DNA of 64,000 nucleotides, from positions 64,001 through 128,000 of the forward strand of contig CAWKNZ010000008.1 of the NCBI GenBank assembly GCA_963851265.1. Direction: 5' to 3'. Origin of the DNA: an uncultured Gemmatimonadales bacterium (GTDB lineage: Bacteria > Gemmatimonadota > Gemmatimonadetes > Gemmatimonadales > Gemmatimonadaceae). Of this stretch, positions 20,471 to 28,338 are shown in pieces. Under the pieces are notes generated by a model. It was not told the DNA's origin, searched no databases, and saw only the letters and a list, made by a program, of their open reading frames with translations. The position numbers and the translations under genes are program-made. The number at the start of each line of letters is the position of its first letter. The stretch's first letter is position 1.

Positions 20471-21877
20471 TCACCGCAGCGCGATCACGAGCTCCAGGCG
20501 CGCGTCCACCAGCTCGGCGGGCACGTACACCGCGAGCGTGCGCGCGCGTGCGACCGCGTCCCACGCCGGCCCGGCGCGCCGCAGCGCGAAGTACAGATAG
20601 TCGAGCTTGACCGGCACCGCCGGCGGCGGCTGCGGGACGTGCGCCAGCTCCATCCCGGGCAGCGCCTGGCGGATGAGCGTGTCGACCACGTCGGCCGAGC
20701 CCACCTTGCAGCCGGTCAGCACGCGCGGGACGAGCTCGGCCTGACGCAGCGGCGAGCGGACGGCGAGGTACCACTGCGGCGCCGCGAGCCACGCCTCCTG
20801 CTCGATCGCGACCGCCTGCACGGCGGGACGCACCGGGCGCAGCGGGAGCGAGACCGCGGTTTCGGGCACTGCCGCGTCGAGCAGTTCGAGCAGTCGCGCC
20901 TCGAGCTGGCCGAAGCACTCCCCGAGTCGGACGTGCTCGTAGGCCGGCAGCGCGGGGGGTTCGGGCGCGAAGGTCGAGAGCGCGCCCGCGAGCGCGACCA
21001 TCGCCTCCCAGAGCTCGGCCGGGTGCCCGCCGCGCACGTCGGCGAGGTGGCGCAGGCCGGGCAGGTGCGTGTTGAGCGTGTAGAGCAGCCAGAAGCTCGC
21101 CACGTCGGTGACGGAGAAGTCGGCGAGCCCCTGGTTGCGCTGCCGCCGCGCCCCGGCGAGCGACGCGCCCTTGGCCGCGACGCGCGCGGCGAGGCGCTGC
21201 GCGAGGGCGCCGAGGGCGTCGCTCGCCGTGAGCGTGAGGACCGGCGGGACGAACGCACGGTCGAGCGCGTACTCGCCGGCCTCGGAGCGGACGAGGCGCG
21301 CGACCGGGAGCGTGGTGTAGCCCTCGGCCGGCTCGCCCTCGAGCAGGAGGCGCAGGTTGGCGCGCGCGACCTGGATGGGGCGCTCGCCGAGCCCGGTGTT
21401 CTCGTCGCGGACGAGTTGCTCGTCGGCGCGCCAGCGGGCGGCGCTGGACGTGCCGTTGGCGCCGCCGGTGGCGTGCGGGCCGGCACCGGCGCCGTCACCG
21501 GAGGGAGCGACCGGCGCGCCCGCCACGTTGCGCGTCGCCGGGCGGTACTCCGGGACCGCGAGGTGGACGAGCAGGGCGCGCTGGTCCTGGCCCCACGCGG
21601 ACGCGAGCGGTCGAGGGGGTGGTAGCGGGTCGGCGCCGGGCGCGTCGAAGAGCAGCCCGTCGGGGAGCCGGCCGGCGACCGCGGTGACGACGAGCGTGCC
21701 GCCCGCGAGCGCGGCGCGGTCGACGGCGACTCGCGAGAAACCCCACGGGCAGAAGGTGAGGGCCGCGAGCTGGAAGCGCAGCACCTCGTCCAGGTAGCGG
21801 TCCTGGGCCTGGAGGTGCTGCGGGGTGAGGAGCGTGCCTTTGGTCCAGAGGACCGGGGCGAGCGCGGGCGTGGGCAT
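20471..21877 (-). CDS. tssK: T6SS baseplate subunit TssK (paralog 2)
   Basis: VLWTKGTLLTPQHLQAQDRY, GRLPDGLLF, DENTG, FVPPVL, HPAELW...LAGALSTF, DYLYF, AVYVP; start ATG 21877. Confidence 0.93.
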   Translation of the reverse strand: MPTPALAPVLWTKGTLLTPQHLQAQDRYLDEVLRFQLAALTFCPWGFSRVAVDRAALAGGTLVVTAVAGRLPDGLLFDAPGADPLPPPRPLASAWGQDQRALLVHLAVPEYRPATRNVAGAPVAPSGDGAGAGPHATGGANGTSSAARWRADEQLVRDENTGLGERPIQVARANLRLLLEGEPAEGYTTLPVARLVRSEAGEYALDRAFVPPVLTLTASDALGALAQRLAARVAAKGASLAGARRQRNQGLADFSVTDVASFWLLYTLNTHLPGLRHLADVRGGHPAELWEAMVALAGALSTFAPEPPALPAYEHVRLGECFGQLEARLLELLDAAVPETAVSLPLRPVRPAVQAVAIEQEAWLAAPQWYLAVRSPLRQAELVPRVLTGCKVGSADVVDTLIRQALPGMELAHVPQPPPAVPVKLDYLYFALRRAGPAWDAVARARTLAVYVPAELVDARLELVIALR

Positions 21878-21889
21878 ATGACCAGATAT

Positions 21890-21917
21890 TACCGGAGGCC
21901 CGTGGCGAGCAGATCGA
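21890..21917 (-). promoter_or_regulatory. Candidate ECF promoter TCGATC-N16-CCGGTA upstream of tssK paralog 2
   Basis: Motif match with 16-nt spacer; -10 element ends 12 nt before the ATG (near-leaderless). Confidence 0.6.
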
Positions 21918-21948
21918 GTCGACCGTAATTCATCTCGGGCACGCCCCC

Positions 21949-21976
21949 GTGATCCATCCGCCACCGTGGATCGGTA
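21949..21976 (+). promoter_or_regulatory. Candidate ECF promoter GTGATC-N16-TCGGTA upstream of the effector island
   Basis: Both hexamers identical to the copy upstream of tssB. Confidence 0.7.
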
Positions 21977-22030
21977 TCCACGGGTGAGCGCCACCGCCCG
22001 GCCTGCCGGGCCAACCGAGCGGAGCCGAAC

Positions 22031-22468
22031 GTGCGCAACAGAGCCAATCCGGTGCTCGTCGTGTTGGGACTTCTGGCGCTCGCCTGGGCGCTCACGATGT
22101 TGAAGCCGATGCCGCAAGGCGCCGTGCTCGTGGCCGTCGCTGCCGCGCTCGCCGTCGAACGCTGGGCGCCCCGACGGGCCCGGCCGGCCACCTTCGTGTC
22201 CGTCGCGTCGCTCGCGGCGCTCCTGGGGTACGTGATCGCCGGGTCGGAGCTGCTCGCGCACGCTCAACGCTGGCTGTTCCCGGCGCCCCGCCGCGTGATG
22301 CCGCTCTTCGCCCTCGTCGTCGGGGCGAGCATCGGCGCCGGGTTGTTCGTGTGGACGTTCATCTCGGTCATCCGGCCGCTGGCCCGGCTCGACGTCACGC
22401 GGCGCACCGGCCTGGTGGCGATCGGCGCCACCGGCGTCCTGGCCTGCGGGTTGGACGCGCTAGCCTGA
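22031..22468 (+). CDS. Small multi-pass membrane protein, unknown function
   Basis: 4-5 hydrophobic segments in 145 aa; first gene after the motif at 21949. Confidence 0.6.
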   Translation: MRNRANPVLVVLGLLALAWALTMLKPMPQGAVLVAVAAALAVERWAPRRARPATFVSVASLAALLGYVIAGSELLAHAQRWLFPAPRRVMPLFALVVGASIGAGLFVWTFISVIRPLARLDVTRRTGLVAIGATGVLACGLDALA

Positions 22469-22495
22469 CGCGCTCACAACTCACCAGGACCAACA

Positions 22496-23296
22496 ATGGC
22501 GTTCCCTCAGCCGCAGACTCCCGTCGCTCCGAGGGTCCCCGTCGCCCCGAGGACTGCGCAAGACTGGCTCGACGAGCTGGCGAACGGCCGGGAGCAAGCG
22601 TACCCCAATATCAGCCGTTCCGAGGTGGTGAGCGGGCTGCGCGACCGACTTGCGACACCGACGCTCATCGACCAGAAAAACACCAGCCTTTGTGGACCAG
22701 CCGCCCTGATGTACTGTCTCGCGTCGTCGAAGTCGGCGCTTTACGCACAGTACGTCGCGGAACTCTACGCGACCGGCCACAGCACGATCGGCCGGTTGAC
22801 GGTCGCGCCGGGCGCCGGTTGCAAGGCGTACAGGGCCACCGCGGCGAGCGGGATTCACCCCGTCGACTGGGTGACCCTCGCGAGCCTGCGCGACTCGGAG
22901 AACGATGCGTTCGACTACGACGCCCCGAGCTGCGAGGTCGGCGGCATCACGATGCCGGACGACCTCGTCGACTGGTTCAAGGACGTCGGCTTCAGCAAGG
23001 ACGCCAACGTCACCAATCTCGTCTTCACAAAGGACGAGGCCACGCTCACGGCCGCGGGCGTCCGGCGCAGCCATAGCCACCACGTCTGCCTGTTCATCAG
23101 CGCGAACATGCTGCAGAGCCCGCACGAGTCGTCGTGGACGCCCGACCACTGGGTGGTCCTCGCGTCGCCGGTGACGGTCGGAAGTGGGCGCGCGAAGTTC
23201 AGCGTCTTCACCTGGGGCGGCGTGCAGTCGGTCGACCAGCCGGTCGGCGATTTGTGCGAGAACTTCTACGGTTACGTCTCGAGTTCCGCAGCGTAG
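22496..23296 (+). CDS. Papain-fold cysteine protease/deamidase-like protein, candidate T6SS effector
   Basis: DQKNTSLCGPAA (Gln/Cys), DHWVVL (His), FSVFTWG; no signal peptide; AGGA RBS; lies within the T6SS locus. Confidence 0.7.
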   Translation: MAFPQPQTPVAPRVPVAPRTAQDWLDELANGREQAYPNISRSEVVSGLRDRLATPTLIDQKNTSLCGPAALMYCLASSKSALYAQYVAELYATGHSTIGRLTVAPGAGCKAYRATAASGIHPVDWVTLASLRDSENDAFDYDAPSCEVGGITMPDDLVDWFKDVGFSKDANVTNLVFTKDEATLTAAGVRRSHSHHVCLFISANMLQSPHESSWTPDHWVVLASPVTVGSGRAKFSVFTWGGVQSVDQPVGDLCENFYGYVSSSAA

Positions 23297-23327
23297 CGGG
23301 ATCCACCGCCGCGCGCGTCAGCGTCGC

Positions 23328-23355
23328 GTGATGGGTCGGGGCGCGACCCGCTGTA
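23328..23355 (+). promoter_or_regulatory. Candidate ECF promoter GTGATG-N16-GCTGTA upstream of the PG-binding protein gene
   Basis: Motif match with 16-nt spacer in the intergenic gap. Confidence 0.6.
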
Positions 23356-23442
23356 TACCGCCGTAGCGGGTGCGCGACTCTCGGGGCCGGACCCCACCCC
23401 GCCACAGCCACGCAGCAGGCAGGTAGAGCGGGGACCAACGGG

Positions 23443-24477
23443 ATGGGCGTGCGGACATTACGCGCCGGAAGCAGCGGCGGAGACGTGCGCGCCGTGCAGG
23501 CCGCGCTCAACCGGAACACCACGCTCGACACCGACGGCGTGTTCGGCCACGCCACCCGGGAAGCCGTGATCGCGTTCCAGACCGACCACGACCTGCAGGT
23601 GGACGGCGAGGTAGGGCCGGAAACGCGGCGGGCGCTCTTCCCGCTCGTCGGCCTGACGATCGAGGTCTTCGGGACGCGGATGGGACGCCGCGCGACCGGG
23701 GGGGCGGGGCCGACATTCGAGTTGCCCCCACTCATGCGCCCGTTGACGCTCCCCTCCCTCGTTCCGCCGCTCACGCTGCCCGCCGTGCCCGCGCCGTTCG
23801 CGCCGGGTCCGCCCGCCGGGCTCGGGCCGGTATCGCCGTTACCGCCGCTCTTGCCGCCGCTGCTGCCACCGCTGTCGCTGACCCCGCCTGCGGGGCGGCT
23901 CGTCAGTATTCCAGGACTCGCCGAGCCGATCATGCTTCCGCCGATCGCCACCACGCGGCCCTCGTCGAGCGGGCCGGACTGGCAGCAGGTCGCGCAGACG
24001 CAGCGGCAGTTCAAGAGCCTGTTCAAGGGGCCATTCATGGACAGCTTCGCCGTCGGCGTGCAGAGCGTCTTCCTGCACAAGGACACCGACAACCACGTCG
24101 AACTCACGACGGGGTGCCTGCTCCAGTCCCCGATCGGGTTCACCGACCACCAGGGTAACGATTTCACCCTCGCGTGCTTCGCGCAGGCCACGTGGGTCGA
24201 CCCGATCTTCCACTACGGGATGTTTCACCTCGCGAACCCGTACGCGCAGCTGCAGGCGCAAGGGAATGCGACAGGGCCAGCCCACCCCACGACACAGGTC
24301 GCCGGGTTCCCGGTCAACATCAACGTGGACCTGAACGACGACGGGCTACAACTCAACGCCAGCGCCGGCGCGGTCTGGTCGCTGGCGTTCGAGCACGACG
24401 GCGTGCACAGCACCTGGGGGACGGCGCTCGGGGTGGGGCTGGTCGGCAAGTTCCGCCTGCTCGACGGAGGGCGTTAG
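23443..24477 (+). CDS. Peptidoglycan-binding (PG_binding_1) protein with Pro-rich linker and beta-rich C-terminal domain
   Basis: LRAGSSGGDVRAVQAALN...DGVFGHATREAVIAFQ...LQVDGEVGPETRRAL; amphipathic beta-strands in the C-terminal ~180 aa; no signal peptide. Confidence 0.85.
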   Translation: MGVRTLRAGSSGGDVRAVQAALNRNTTLDTDGVFGHATREAVIAFQTDHDLQVDGEVGPETRRALFPLVGLTIEVFGTRMGRRATGGAGPTFELPPLMRPLTLPSLVPPLTLPAVPAPFAPGPPAGLGPVSPLPPLLPPLLPPLSLTPPAGRLVSIPGLAEPIMLPPIATTRPSSSGPDWQQVAQTQRQFKSLFKGPFMDSFAVGVQSVFLHKDTDNHVELTTGCLLQSPIGFTDHQGNDFTLACFAQATWVDPIFHYGMFHLANPYAQLQAQGNATGPAHPTTQVAGFPVNINVDLNDDGLQLNASAGAVWSLAFEHDGVHSTWGTALGVGLVGKFRLLDGGR

Positions 24478-24533
24478 ACGGCCGACCGCCCACGGCGCCG
24501 GGCGCACGTGATCGGCGGGCACGCAGTCGGCGC

Positions 24534-24561
24534 ATGACGCGCGCGCGGCCGGGATACGGTA
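24534..24561 (+). promoter_or_regulatory. Candidate ECF promoter ATGACG-N16-ACGGTA upstream of the CHAP gene
   Basis: Motif match with 16-nt spacer, about 53 nt before ATG 24615. Confidence 0.6.
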
Positions 24562-24614
24562 TAAACGCGTGCCCGTCCGACACCCGCGACCAGCCCTTAC
24601 CACGGACAAGTCTC

Positions 24615-25559
24615 ATGAGCCACTTCACCAAGCTCGGCGGGGCCGACGCGACCGGGTACGACGCCGGGCGCAGTTTACAAATACTGCCGGCCGGGCGGCG
24701 GACGACCTTCTATCTCGTCGCGGGCGCCAACCTCGAGGTCACAGTCGACGACGACTCGATCGCCGCCCTCAGCGTCGGGAATGACGACGACAAGTCAGCG
24801 CACGGGAGTGGCGCGTTGACCGGGTGGGAGCGATCGCAGGTTCTCCGCAAGGTGGTCCTCACCGCGAAGGCACCCGGCGGCGACACCACGCTGCGTGCGC
24901 TCCTCGGCGCCTCCGATTTCGCCAGGCCGGTCACGATCCGCGTGACAGCCGACCAGAATTGGAGGCAGTGCGGGAACGTGGCGGCCGAAGTCACGCCCGG
25001 GTTGCGGGGGGAATTGCGGCAGATGCCGCTGCGCGACGCCGTCCTTCGGATTGCGGAAGACCAGATGCACAGCACCATCGCGAGCGGATCCGGCTTCGGT
25101 ATCTACCACGCGAACAGCGAGTACAACTGGTGCGGGGCGTTCGTGCACTGGTGTTGGAGTCAGGCCGCCGCGATCAAGGGAGAGGCGAACCCGTTCGGCC
25201 CGAGTAGCGACGTGCTCCTCTCGCCGCAGAAGGCCATTCATTGGGCCATGCGGCCCGAGACGCCCGGCGTGTTGCTCCGTTACCAGGGCCCCGACCCGAT
25301 CACCGGGAAAGGCAGGCAGGAATATCGCGAGATCGGAGACGACGGATGCAGCCTGGAGCGGGGCGACGTCGTCCTGCTCCGCGACGGCAGCGCTACGGGA
25401 TGGAAGCACGTGTGCATGGTCAACCGCGTGGACGGAACGGCGGTCCAAACGATGGACGGCAACCAGGGCACCGGCCAGTGCATCAAGCTCGTGGACCGTA
25501 GCCTGGCCGACCTGCTGCCGGATAAGTCGCCGAAGCTGGCCTTCGTGCACGTGCCGTGA
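24615..25559 (+). CDS. CHAP/NlpC-P60-type cell-wall amidase/endopeptidase, candidate T6SS effector
   Basis: NWCGAFVHWCW (catalytic Cys), RGDVVLL, KHVCMV (His), TMDGNQ; beta-rich N-terminal domain; no signal peptide. Confidence 0.82.
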   Translation: MSHFTKLGGADATGYDAGRSLQILPAGRRTTFYLVAGANLEVTVDDDSIAALSVGNDDDKSAHGSGALTGWERSQVLRKVVLTAKAPGGDTTLRALLGASDFARPVTIRVTADQNWRQCGNVAAEVTPGLRGELRQMPLRDAVLRIAEDQMHSTIASGSGFGIYHANSEYNWCGAFVHWCWSQAAAIKGEANPFGPSSDVLLSPQKAIHWAMRPETPGVLLRYQGPDPITGKGRQEYREIGDDGCSLERGDVVLLRDGSATGWKHVCMVNRVDGTAVQTMDGNQGTGQCIKLVDRSLADLLPDKSPKLAFVHVP

Positions 25560-25574
25560 CGCGACCCGACGCCC

Positions 25575-25973
25575 ATGCGATCCGAACGCCTCTACCACGG
25601 GACTAACGGCGACAACGTCCTAGGCATCATTGCGGCGGGCCGGATGCGGCCGGACGCGGACGGCTGCATGTTTTTCGCCCGCCACGAGTGGAGCCACGTG
25701 CTGCAGCACGGTGGGGATCGCAAGCGGAAGGCCGCGTTCGCGCTCGCGCTCGACGTCGACATTCCGGCGTCTGCGCTCGTCGAATCGCGGGCGACGCCGG
25801 GCATCCCGGACACGTTCGTCGTCCGGACGCGCGCGCCGTTGGAGGTCAGGGCAGTGTGCCTGTTCGTCCGGAACCCCGGCGCGACCAGGGCGGAACAGAT
25901 CAGCGGCGCCGACGCCATCACCCGGTACCTGACCGCGCGGCATGGGCCCGTCACGCGGGACGCGGACGAGTAG
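25575..25973 (+). CDS. Small ADP-ribosyltransferase-fold protein, candidate toxin
   Basis: LYHGT...LGIIAAGRMRP...GCMFFA pattern matches the first strand/helix/second strand of H-class ART folds; 15 nt after the CHAP stop. Confidence 0.55.
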   Translation: MRSERLYHGTNGDNVLGIIAAGRMRPDADGCMFFARHEWSHVLQHGGDRKRKAAFALALDVDIPASALVESRATPGIPDTFVVRTRAPLEVRAVCLFVRNPGATRAEQISGADAITRYLTARHGPVTRDADE

Positions 25974-26068
25974 CGTGCGGTGTGTCGGCGGTCGTGTAAC
26001 CGCGGCCGTTCGGCGACGCCGGCAAGCCGTCGGTCATCGCCGCCCCATGACTTCGGAGGAGCCCGCCC

Positions 26069-26206
26069 ATGATCGCCGAAGTCCGCGCCGACGCCAGGGA
26101 CGTGCTGAAAGTCGTCCGTCCGCTCGACCAGGAGATCGCCTGCAACGGGGCGACCGCGGAGCTCTTCACCAAGCTCACCCGCATCAGGGGGGCGATCGCG
26201 GGGTGA
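26069..26206 (+). CDS. 45-aa small protein (not in the ORF track)
   Basis: GGAGGAG RBS at 26055-26061, ATG 26069, TGA 26204-26206; MIAEVRADARDVLKVVRPLDQEIACNGATAELFTKLTRIRGAIAG; GC-rich third positions. Confidence 0.5.
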   Translation: MIAEVRADARDVLKVVRPLDQEIACNGATAELFTKLTRIRGAIAG

Positions 26207-26311
26207 CTCGACATTAGGCGGTGACGCGCGGGTCCGCCGCGGCGTCGCCGGGGCCGGGTGAGCAGCTCAGACATTACCGCGCACTCGCGAGTGCGCTCTG
26301 GAGGGCGCGCG

Positions 26312-27388
26312 ATGGCAAATTTCACGGCCGTACCGCAAAGCGTATTGCAGCACATTCCGGGCAGTTTCACGAGCGACTGGCAGGCGATTCTCCAACGCCC
26401 GGGCACGTACTCCCTGTTCGACGAGCGCCAATGGCGCCTGGTAGTGCCTAACAACGAGGGCGACGCGGAAAAGGGTCCGCAGGCGCGCCTGATCGGCATG
26501 TGGGGTGGCCAGGACGGGGGCCAGCGGCTGGACGTTCGGCCGACGCATCCGATTCCCGGCCTGACGATCCAGCTGGTCTCCGAAACGCCGATCGCGCCCC
26601 ACCTCTGGCTCTGGTGCGTCACCGCGAACTTGCCGCAGTGCCTCGTGCGGCCGGTCCAGGCCGCGATCCTCGGGGTCACCACGGTGGCCGACGCGAACCG
26701 GCCGGCTGGCACCCCATTCGCGGGCGAGCTGCCCTTGGTGATCACACCGGAGGGCCCTTCAGGAGCCGGGGGGTACGGCAGCAATCTTCCCAACTGGGCG
26801 GGCGGGACGCGCGACGAGACGCGCGATGCCATCCTTCGCGAGTGCGAGCGGCAGGGGGTCCGACTCGATACCCAGGTCTCCTACCTGCTCGCCACCTGCG
26901 AGCACGAGTGCGGCTTTCGGCCGATCCGTGAAGGCCAGTTCGGCGGGCGCGCCGCGCAAGGAAGTGAGAACTTCCGCCGCACACTGCGCTACTACCCGTA
27001 CTTCGGTCGCGGCTACGTCCAGCTCACCCACTCGGGGAATTACAAGGCCTACGAGGACCGGCTCCGATTGGAGTTGGTCGGCGATCCCGACCTGGCGCTC
27101 CAGCCCGCGGTGGCCCTGTTCGTTCTGGTATTCGGTGTCACGAACGGGAGCTTCGGTACGGCCATGACCCATTTCGTCAACGCACAACGGACCGATTTCG
27201 TCAACGCGCGCCGGTCGGTCAATGCCCTGGACCGGGCCGAACACATCGCGACGATCGCCGAGCGCTGGCTGGTGTGGATCCGGAGCAACCACCCGGATCG
27301 ATTCGCGCGCGGGTTTCAGGCGGCGCGTGCGGGCGTACCGGGCGCGCTCGCGCCGGGCGGGCACGCGCCGCAGCAGATCCGGCAATGA
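26312..27388 (+). CDS. GH19/lysozyme-fold muramidase with N-terminal domain, candidate T6SS effector
   Basis: YLLATCEHEC...PIRE...YFGRGYVQLTHSGNY...DPDLAL...DFVNARRSVN..DRAEHIA; GGAGGG RBS; no signal peptide. Confidence 0.85.
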   Translation: MANFTAVPQSVLQHIPGSFTSDWQAILQRPGTYSLFDERQWRLVVPNNEGDAEKGPQARLIGMWGGQDGGQRLDVRPTHPIPGLTIQLVSETPIAPHLWLWCVTANLPQCLVRPVQAAILGVTTVADANRPAGTPFAGELPLVITPEGPSGAGGYGSNLPNWAGGTRDETRDAILRECERQGVRLDTQVSYLLATCEHECGFRPIREGQFGGRAAQGSENFRRTLRYYPYFGRGYVQLTHSGNYKAYEDRLRLELVGDPDLALQPAVALFVLVFGVTNGSFGTAMTHFVNAQRTDFVNARRSVNALDRAEHIATIAERWLVWIRSNHPDRFARGFQAARAGVPGALAPGGHAPQQIRQ

Positions 27389-28275
27389 GGCGCCGGCACG
27401 CGCGCGCACTGGGGCTCGCGCTGATATTGGTCGCCACGGCGGCCAAGGCGCGGACTGGCGCGCCGGGCGAGATCTGGTCCGGGACGAGCGCCGGGTTCGA
27501 CCTACGCTGGGCCGAGAACGACATCACCGTTCGACGCAGCGGTCGCCGTGTGTTCTCGGCTCGCGACTGGGCGGGCGCCGAACTCGCCCACTTCGTCGCG
27601 GCGAATGCCACCGACGAGAAGGGGCGACCGCCCGACTGCACCTACCGGCAGGCCGTTCGCATCGTCTCGCTGGTCGGGGCGATGATGAGCCTCGAAGACA
27701 GCGTCACGATCACCTGCCGAAGGGAGGCGCATCCTGCGGGTCTGACGCGCCTGATCACCGTCGACCTGTCCGCCGCGGGACCGCTCGCTGACGCGGGGCG
27801 CGACGCGATCGGGCGCGTCGACCCGCGCCGGCCGGGGCGTGCGATGCTCCTTACCGGCATATTCCCCGCGGCGGACGTTATGTCCGCCCTGGCCGGTACT
27901 ACGCCACTCCGCGACGTGCTGCGCCGTAAGGGGATTCGGCCGCGGACGCTTCCGGAGTTCGTGGGTACCGTCACCGACGCGAGCGGTGAGGGGGACGCGT
28001 GTTTCGTAGTACCGCCCGACCTGCTCGCCTCGTTCGCGTTCGACAGAATCGAGGGTGACCGCGTAGTGGTCCGCCTCGGTTTGCCCGGTGACGGGCCGTG
28101 CCGGAGCAACCTGACGACGGCGGATCTGACCTTTGCTCTACCTGCGTCGTTGGCGCCAGCGGTGCGCAGAGCAGGCACCGGGGAGGCCGGGTTTCTCGCG
28201 GACCGGGGGCGTCGCATCGCGGCCGGACGGGTCACCACGATCGACCTGCGTTCGGGTCGGGGCGGCGGGCCCTAG
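27385..28275 (+). CDS. Exported protein, candidate immunity protein for the GH19 effector
   Basis: ATGA overlap with the effector stop; signal peptide MRRRHARALGLALILVATAAKA; two probable Cys pairs. Confidence 0.65.
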   Translation: MRRRHARALGLALILVATAAKARTGAPGEIWSGTSAGFDLRWAENDITVRRSGRRVFSARDWAGAELAHFVAANATDEKGRPPDCTYRQAVRIVSLVGAMMSLEDSVTITCRREAHPAGLTRLITVDLSAAGPLADAGRDAIGRVDPRRPGRAMLLTGIFPAADVMSALAGTTPLRDVLRRKGIRPRTLPEFVGTVTDASGEGDACFVVPPDLLASFAFDRIEGDRVVVRLGLPGDGPCRSNLTTADLTFALPASLAPAVRRAGTGEAGFLADRGRRIAAGRVTTIDLRSGRGGGP

Positions 28276-28338
28276 CCCGTCGCCCTCGGTCGAACACTCA
28301 CCTTCGTTTCGTCCGGGGCCACGTGTCTGAAGCCGGCT

